64,000 nucleotides of DNA, from IMG/VR virus record IMGVR_UViG_3300042564_007246, one strand, 5' to 3'. Positions within the stretch are counted from its first letter, which is position 1; each line of letters starts with the position of its first letter. A program made the position numbers and the translations under genes. The DNA is from an uncultured virus (IMG/VR IMGVR_UViG_3300042564_007246) (taxonomy: Duplodnaviria > Heunggongvirae > Uroviricota > Caudoviricetes). Below are positions 58,133-64,000 of the stretch, one piece after another. Under the pieces are notes generated by a model that had not been told where the DNA came from, ran no database searches, and was given only the letters and a program-made list of their open reading frames with translations.

Positions 58133-58621
58133 TCAAGTAGCGATTTTTTTAAATTTTGTATTTGATTGAACTACCGCTTTAGCTTCGTTTAAATCAAATT
58201 TATCTTTGGTTCTATTTTTTCTGAATTCATTTGTTGTTTCAGAACTAAGATAATGATCTCTAAGAGCCAATTTAGCTTTTTCAGTAAGCGAAACTGATCT
58301 TCCGTAACCAGTAAGTAATCCTGAAGTTTTAAGTGCTAAAAGATCATTATCTGTAATATCAGAAGGAACATGGCAAACTTTAGCTTCTCTATTATGAGTA
58401 AGTTGATTTGCAGCAGTGACAACTTCATCAACATTTTTGTCAATAGTCATAAGCATTTCCATATAACGATCACCAACTTTAGCAGCTTGCTTTTGTGGTG
58501 GTGGAGTTGAACCCATGAGTTGAATTTGGATATCTGATAAACCCAAATTGCTCATTGACTGAGTGTCAAATAATTCTGCGTGTAATTCTAAAGAATGAAC
58601 TGGCTTAATTGGTAAAGGCAT
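58133..58621 (-). CDS. Hypothetical protein with a winged-helix-like C-terminal segment
   Basis: GGAGA RBS. LLALKTSGLL...VSLTEKAK resembles a wHTH wing. Ends in a TGA that is in frame with DUF192. Confidence 0.7.
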   Translation of the reverse strand: MPLPIKPVHSLELHAELFDTQSMSNLGLSDIQIQLMGSTPPPQKQAAKVGDRYMEMLMTIDKNVDEVVTAANQLTHNREAKVCHVPSDITDNDLLALKTSGLLTGYGRSVSLTEKAKLALRDHYLSSETTNEFRKNRTKDKFDLNEAKAVVQSNTKFKKIAT

Positions 58622-58630
58622 AATGTTCTC

Positions 58631-59074
58631 CTATCTAAGTGGAATTCTATTTTTCCAACCATTTCCATCATCTACATTTTTCTGATATGTTGCTTCAAAT
58701 GTAAAGGAATCTACGTCTCCAGCCATTGAAGGACTAGATGCTAAATTGCCTGGATCTATATACGCTGGACCTGGAACATTATCTGGACCATGTAAAAGCC
58801 CTTCGATATTTTGTCCATCAGCTTCTCCACCCAAATCAAAATATTCTTTAGGAATTTTATTTGGTTTTTTGGTCTGTCTCCACTCATCACCCTCTTTAAA
58901 TTCATCTTCCAACTCGTCATATTCGACAAGATAAATATTTGGGTTTTTAGTGACAGATTGTTCTACATAATATTGGGCTACTTTTTCAAAAATTAAATCA
59001 GAAGACTTGAAATTACCCTTACTATCTAGGATGTAGGCAATCCTTAATGTTTTATGGAGAATATTGAGATCCAT
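58631..59074 (-). CDS. Hypothetical head-associated protein
   Basis: LRIAYILDSKG.FK.SD....KVAQ N-terminus. Start set at ATG 59074. Confidence 0.7.
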   Translation of the reverse strand: MDLNILHKTLRIAYILDSKGNFKSSDLIFEKVAQYYVEQSVTKNPNIYLVEYDELEDEFKEGDEWRQTKKPNKIPKEYFDLGGEADGQNIEGLLHGPDNVPGPAYIDPGNLASSPSMAGDVDSFTFEATYQKNVDDGNGWKNRIPLR

Positions 59075-59096
59075 AATCTTTGTGTTACTTAATTTT

Positions 59097-60218
59097 TCAC
59101 AAATTTCCTGCAAATTCTTTTTTTACAACTTGTAATGCATTTTCAATAGTAGTGTCCATATCAAAATATTTATAATTGCCTAATCTTCCACCAATTAATA
59201 AATTTGGACAATTGACAGATGCAAAATTTCTATACTTTTCGTATTTTTCATTATTGATTTCATCATTTATTGGATAGTATGGATCTTCATTAGGAATGTT
59301 TTTATCAAATGTTTTTGAATACTCATAAGTAATTACTTTTTCATCTGATTTACTATTGTAAAAATAATTATGTTGAATGATTCTCGTAAAATGAAAATCC
59401 TCAGATGGATATGTCATCAATGCCGTGCCTTGAATGTCAATCTTTGTATTGTAACTACTATGTTTGAGTGTTCGGTATTCTAAATCTCCAAACATGTAAT
59501 TAAAATATTGATCAATAGGTCCTGTGTAAATTACTTTTTCAGCCAAAGAGTTTAAAAAATCTCTATTTACAATGTAATCACATTCTAACCAAACAACAAT
59601 GCCTGATAATAGTTTTTCAAAAATTGAAGTGTAACCATGAATCGGAATACCTTCGTAAACATGATCATCAGAATAATATCGATCATTTAAAGAAAATCTT
59701 AATGGTATTCGTTTAGCAATTGATGCTGGTAATAATTTTGGCTCTCTGCCCCATTGTTTTTTGGTGTATCCGTAGAAAAACATTTCGTACAAAGTTCTAC
59801 CCATGGTGCTAAGACAATATTCTTCGAAATTTTGTGGATTTTCAAATAAAATTTTATCTGAATTAATTCTTTCTTTTGCTTGAAGTGGAGTGACAACATC
59901 ATTCCAAACATGATGAATAGTAGATAAATTTATTGGCAAAGAATAGATTTTATTATTTACAAAAGCTTTATTTCTTAGAGTGAAATTATTAAATTCTGCA
60001 AATTTATTTATATAATCCCAAACATATTTTTTTGAAGTATGAAAAATATGTGGACCATATTTGTGTATATGATAATCTTCAAATGGTTCAGAATAACAAT
60101 TTCCACCAATATGATTTCTTTTATCAACTACTAATACTTTTTTACCTAATTTATTAGCTTCATAAGCAAAAATGGAGCCGAATAATCCGGCTCCAACAAT
60201 AAGATAATCATATTTCAT
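59097..60218 (-). CDS. glf: UDP-galactopyranose mutase
   Basis: VGAGLFG, RNHIGGN, HKYGPHIFHT, YTKKQWG, LEYRTL, PYYP, GRLGNYKYFDMD. Confidence 0.95.
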   Translation of the reverse strand: MKYDYLIVGAGLFGSIFAYEANKLGKKVLVVDKRNHIGGNCYSEPFEDYHIHKYGPHIFHTSKKYVWDYINKFAEFNNFTLRNKAFVNNKIYSLPINLSTIHHVWNDVVTPLQAKERINSDKILFENPQNFEEYCLSTMGRTLYEMFFYGYTKKQWGREPKLLPASIAKRIPLRFSLNDRYYSDDHVYEGIPIHGYTSIFEKLLSGIVVWLECDYIVNRDFLNSLAEKVIYTGPIDQYFNYMFGDLEYRTLKHSSYNTKIDIQGTALMTYPSEDFHFTRIIQHNYFYNSKSDEKVITYEYSKTFDKNIPNEDPYYPINDEINNEKYEKYRNFASVNCPNLLIGGRLGNYKYFDMDTTIENALQVVKKEFAGNL

Positions 60219-60234
60219 ATGATTATTTTACATA

Positions 60235-61290
60235 TTAACTTGGGTTTGGTGAAAAGTGCCCATATAGTCCAATCCCATCATAAATTTCTTCAACACCCTT
60301 ATCTTCTCCACCCATGTCATTATAATCATAATAATTTCCAGGAAAAGACTTGCCATGCTGATTGAAAATACTTATTTCTTTAGGATTCATTTGAATTTTT
60401 TTACCCATCTCTTGCATTGGAACAACATTAGCTTTTGTATCTGGATATGGATTTCTTAGCATGGTCTCTTCATTGTATCCCGATGTGTCTTGATAAGATC
60501 TGTTAGCTTGATTACCTTCATTTAAGTATTCTTCAAGACCTTCGAAACCTGCTAAACCATCTAAAACTTTATATTGTCCATCTGGAAAAGAATGAAATTG
60601 ATATTCATCAAATTGATTATTTGGCTCACCTTCTGGCTTTACAGTAAACCTATTACGTCTCTTTACAGGATAGTCATAATCTTGAGGATCATGAACAAAA
60701 CCATATTCTTTTGCAGTTCTGTTTGGATTGTTAGAAGAGATTACATCATGTCGTCTTTGAGGTTTTATTTGATCAGGAACTTTATCTTCGTATTCGTGAG
60801 CTCTTTTTTTGCTGTCATCAAAATGCCTTCTCTCAGCTAAACTTTCTTCCATTGTTCTTAAGTGTTCAGGTTTAGCATGAAAGTTTTCTTTGATATATGC
60901 TGGGCTATTTTTGATTAAACTTGATGCATGGTCTTCCAAAGATTTTTTGTAATTGTGAAGTTGCATTCTTAATTTTAATTTTAGTCTTTCAGTGGAAGAC
61001 AATTCGTAATTAAGATCACCATCGGTATATGTGTGTTGAACAGAAAGTTGTTTCTCAATATTTTCATCATTTACATTATATTGATCTAAATAAATATGGG
61101 TTTTTGAAAGAATTTTTTCAAAACTGTCGTCTTCATCAACATAAATATTAAGCTCAGAACCACCACGATTGGTGCCACCCCTTCCAAAAGGGCTACGACC
61201 AGGAGAGAAAGGTGATCCATTACCACCACCACCTACGCCACCAAATTGTGCGGTTTTGATATTATTTGAAGACATAATGTTTTTTTCCAT
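60235..61290 (-). CDS. Hypothetical head-associated protein with Gly-rich N-terminus
   Basis: 351 aa; IKTAQFGGVGGGG; several ExxL motifs. Confidence 0.8.
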   Translation of the reverse strand: MEKNIMSSNNIKTAQFGGVGGGGNGSPFSPGRSPFGRGGTNRGGSELNIYVDEDDSFEKILSKTHIYLDQYNVNDENIEKQLSVQHTYTDGDLNYELSSTERLKLKLRMQLHNYKKSLEDHASSLIKNSPAYIKENFHAKPEHLRTMEESLAERRHFDDSKKRAHEYEDKVPDQIKPQRRHDVISSNNPNRTAKEYGFVHDPQDYDYPVKRRNRFTVKPEGEPNNQFDEYQFHSFPDGQYKVLDGLAGFEGLEEYLNEGNQANRSYQDTSGYNEETMLRNPYPDTKANVVPMQEMGKKIQMNPKEISIFNQHGKSFPGNYYDYNDMGGEDKGVEEIYDGIGLYGHFSPNPS

Positions 61291-61296
61291 AAAAAT

Positions 61297-63420
61297 TTAT
61301 CTAAACCTTCCACCTAAATTCATCAATCTTGCATTAGGAAGTCTTATAATTATTTTTGATGTTAAACATTCATAAGATACAGCAGCTACAGCATCGCAAA
61401 TGTCATCTTTGTATCCTGACAAAGACTCGATGTAATATCTTTTGCCTTTCCATTTCTTTTGTAAAAATTGAAATTGGATTTTAGCTTCTTGCACTTCATT
61501 AAGTGGTTGTCTTTCACCACGCATATCAAGATAACTACCACCTGAAATATCATACATGTCAATTCTTTCTTCTCTAATTAATTGACTTAATTCAGTGTAA
61601 ATATCTTCTTTGTATTGTTTATTAAAATGTTTTTCAACAATATTTATTCCAGCAGTTTTCAATCTTATAATTGAAGATTGTGAATTCCATTGATCAACAC
61701 TAACTTGTTTAAATCTAAATCTTTTATGAAGATCAATGACATAATCTTCAACTTCTCTAGTGTCAATTGGTTGATTTTTGGACATTGGATTCCAAAAGTG
61801 AATGTGATCAATAACTACTCGCTTAAGTGGTCTATTATCAGGACCTACAGTTCCATACATAGGCTCTGTATGAGCAACACACAATGCATAATAATCTGAT
61901 GTTCTAGCAGGATCTAAATGACAATAATATTCAAACATATTGTCAGCATATTCTTTTCTTTTGACCATACTCATGCTACTGAACATAGAATTAATCAAAT
62001 CAGCCATAAACATAGGATCTTGAGAAGATGCACCAAATTCAGCCCCATATTGCATTTGAAATTCTGATGGATTTTTCTTTTTTTCGTTATCTAAAAATTC
62101 TTTCCCAATATTCGGATTTGCTAACCATGTTGGCAATCTCATTATCAAAGTCGTAGGATCTTCAACTCTGTTTTCATGCAAGTCGTGCAATAACCCAATA
62201 GGTCCTTTGGGGTTTGAAAGCATCATCATCTTTCCGTCTTTTCCAAAGGTTGCAAGAGATGGCTTCAAATCATCATATAATGCGTAATCTAATCCTGAAT
62301 CGGGATTATCACCTGCCATAGCAGCAATTTCGTCCATGATTATGCACCAGCAAGTTAGACCAACAAGACCTGATGCACTTGAAGAACCACATTTTAAAGT
62401 TAAAGAACCAGAAAATGGATTTAACCCTTGAGCAGTACGGCGTTCATTTTCCTTAATATCATGGTCTGTAAGGAATCTCATTTCAAGTTCAGTGTCTTTG
62501 CCAATAAATGGATTGAAATATGGCGAGGCTAGTACTGTTTGTTTGATTTTTGAGAAGATAGCATTCTTTGCTTGTTCTTCATTTTTAGCAACATTCAATA
62601 AAACAATTTGATCAAATTCCATTAAACCATATCTGGCTTGTGGATGACCCATAGAAATCAATCTGTACAGTTCATAAAGTGCAATAGCTGAGACTAAGAA
62701 TGATTTTCCACTACGTCTTCCAAGTACCAGTACAAGTTCTTGAAATTTGTATCTATTTGTACATTTCTCGTATATTTGATGTCTTAGTTTGGAATCTATT
62801 TCATCAGAAAACAAAAGATCTTTTTCTGATTGAAAACCATCAATAACAGGTCTATCTGATAATTTATCTACAAGTCTGATTGCATCAAAGTTTGTAGCTT
62901 CTTCTTTTGCATCTTCATATCTTTTTATTCTGACATCATCATCTAAATTAACGCATTCAAGACATGGAGAGTTATCAACTGTAAAAAGTGGTTTTACTAT
63001 TTTACCAAGTTTCTTTTTTCTTAAAGTATCTTCCTCATTGTCCTTGATATGTTTCCAAACGCACCCTTCGCATCCATTTCTTTCTTCTAAAGGAACATCT
63101 TGAATTTCTAAATTTTCATTTCCTTCTTGCCCCATATAAAAACACTTGAGAATCAATCTTTGCCAAGGATGTGGCTTCAGATTACAAAAATAAGGGTGTT
63201 CTATAAATGTTATGATGTCTACGATTTGATCAGGGTTAAATCTTGTCTTCTCTGGTTTTTTTGGAGGGGATATATCAGTTCTGGCACTTGGCAAAATGAT
63301 ATCGTCAAACTCAGATGCATAGCCAGTGTCTTTGAAGAATTGAGAAACTTCATTAGCTTGCTGCATAAGTTGACTTTTGAGGTCATGTTGCGCTAATTTC
63401 TGCGGATTTGGTTTTCTCAT
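61297..63420 (-). CDS. terL: Terminase large subunit
   Basis: Q-motif PWQRLIL, Walker A LGRRSGKS, Walker B IIMDE, SNP..P.G, nuclease HLDPA...VDQWNS...KDDICDA. Confidence 0.92.
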   Translation of the reverse strand: MRKPNPQKLAQHDLKSQLMQQANEVSQFFKDTGYASEFDDIILPSARTDISPPKKPEKTRFNPDQIVDIITFIEHPYFCNLKPHPWQRLILKCFYMGQEGNENLEIQDVPLEERNGCEGCVWKHIKDNEEDTLRKKKLGKIVKPLFTVDNSPCLECVNLDDDVRIKRYEDAKEEATNFDAIRLVDKLSDRPVIDGFQSEKDLLFSDEIDSKLRHQIYEKCTNRYKFQELVLVLGRRSGKSFLVSAIALYELYRLISMGHPQARYGLMEFDQIVLLNVAKNEEQAKNAIFSKIKQTVLASPYFNPFIGKDTELEMRFLTDHDIKENERRTAQGLNPFSGSLTLKCGSSSASGLVGLTCWCIIMDEIAAMAGDNPDSGLDYALYDDLKPSLATFGKDGKMMMLSNPKGPIGLLHDLHENRVEDPTTLIMRLPTWLANPNIGKEFLDNEKKKNPSEFQMQYGAEFGASSQDPMFMADLINSMFSSMSMVKRKEYADNMFEYYCHLDPARTSDYYALCVAHTEPMYGTVGPDNRPLKRVVIDHIHFWNPMSKNQPIDTREVEDYVIDLHKRFRFKQVSVDQWNSQSSIIRLKTAGINIVEKHFNKQYKEDIYTELSQLIREERIDMYDISGGSYLDMRGERQPLNEVQEAKIQFQFLQKKWKGKRYYIESLSGYKDDICDAVAAVSYECLTSKIIIRLPNARLMNLGGRFR

Positions 63421-63974
63421 TAGTTGTCAGATTGAATTTTGCTCTTCAGGGTTTGTATTTCTTCCCTAATAATTCTTTTATCAGTTTCAGAATCCATTTT
63501 TTCATGGAGTTTGACAAGTACATCAAAAATATTTATAGCATAGATACCTTGATTATCTCTTGCTTCTTTTAGATATAAAATTTTTGTAATTAGTTTTTCA
63601 ACCATTGCTGCTCTTTTGAGCTTCATATCATTATTTTTGGAACAATCCATTCCACGAACATCGTCAAGCTCCACAAGTAAAGCTGTAAGTGCTAATTGAT
63701 GTTCTCTAAAAATCCAAGGAGCAATTAATTCTTCTCTTTGCTCATAATTCTTCAGACCTGAAGTTGCAATTTTCTTAAAATCACAATGCTGGTCCATGTG
63801 TGTGTTAACTTGAACCCAGTTAAGTTTTGCATCAAAATACTTGTGGAAAAAATTGATTACTGATTGTGGCTTTTTACCACTTTCAAGATATACATGTTCA
63901 GCTAAGTCTCTAAAAGCTGAAGTACAAAGTGAACATCTTGGTTCAATAAACTGAGGATATTGAATATCACTCAT
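63420..63974 (-). CDS. Putative terminase small subunit with Zn finger (may begin outside the window)
   Basis: Directly upstream of terL with TAATG overlap. CSLC...H...HC followed by a helical C-terminus. The frame stays open upstream of 63974 to the window edge. Confidence 0.55.
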   Translation of the reverse strand: MSDIQYPQFIEPRCSLCTSAFRDLAEHVYLESGKKPQSVINFFHKYFDAKLNWVQVNTHMDQHCDFKKIATSGLKNYEQREELIAPWIFREHQLALTALLVELDDVRGMDCSKNNDMKLKRAAMVEKLITKILYLKEARDNQGIYAINIFDVLVKLHEKMDSETDKRIIREEIQTLKSKIQSDN

Positions 63975-64000
63975 ATTGTCAGGAGGAAGAGGAGATAAGG

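Larger units (their letters stand above)
1..64000. mobile_element. Segment of a large tailed bacteriophage genome (head, packaging, neck/tail and glycan-biosynthesis modules)
   Basis: Terminase, portal, prohead protease and HK97-fold capsid genes in canonical order. Neck/tail-like genes present, no housekeeping genes, tight ATGA/TAATG gene overlaps. No integrase or att site in the window. Confidence 0.95.

Noticed and set aside
62740..63140. Insertion in the large terminase as a possible intein or intron
   Set aside because: The frame is continuous, with no C/S...HN-C/S/T splice motifs or LAGLIDADG pattern. It looks like a Cys-containing domain insert.
17670..63396. Remaining short ORFs nested in or antisense to long genes (e.g. 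17670, 23147, 23621, 47869, 54383, 55548, 63127)
   Set aside because: Fully overlapped by well-supported genes, with no independent evidence.
1..64000. Genome-wide stop-codon reassignment (seen in some large phages)
   Set aside because: Genes are full length in code 11. TAG (7401, 8584) and TGA (33181, 33804, 38802) end genes at sensible positions with overlaps to the next start.
1..64000. tRNA, rRNA, CRISPR array, IS element, integrase
   Set aside because: Intergenic gaps are short and none showed such patterns by eye. tRNAscan/Infernal were not run.

Overview
The window is a 64-kb, AT-rich, densely coding segment of a large tailed-phage (Caudoviricetes-type) genome in the standard genetic code. 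I saw no rRNA, tRNA, CRISPR array or IS element. All product calls come from motifs read by eye, without database searches. Minus strand 42.9-64 kb: head and packaging module, with a putative small terminase, large terminase, about ten uncharacterised head-associated proteins, a portal carrying a C-terminal DUF559/Vsr-like nuclease domain, a 1394-aa prohead-protease-like polyprotein, an acidic scaffold-like protein, a decoration protein and a compact 284-aa HK97-fold major capsid protein. UDP-galactopyranose mutase (glf) and a DUF192 gene lie inside this module. Plus strand 14.9-29.2 kb: neck/tail-like structural genes. Between head and tail (29.2-42.8 kb): a 16-gene nucleotide-sugar island with an HddA-like kinase, C-methyltransferase, RfbH-type 3-dehydrase, RmlB-like dehydratase, two ThDP-enzyme pairs each followed by a paralogous GT-B-like gene, SDRs, a HAD-nucleotidyltransferase fusion and a GDPD-like protein. 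The 6-14.9 kb region has zinc-ribbon proteins, further glycosyltransferase-like genes, an Rnl1-like ligase with a Cys-rich insert and a PHP-fold protein lacking its metal ligands. Best leads: (i) a two-cassette branched-chain sugar pathway, possibly for virion glycosylation; (ii) two short peptide motifs, [KR]-x-[AS] and ExxL, shared across head proteins and suggesting a protease-processing and cargo-docking code; (iii) the portal-nuclease fusion; (iv) an in-frame UGA plus hairpin joining two genes; (v) two promoter classes, AGGT-N16-YAGAA and leaderless/bidirectional TGTAcAAT.
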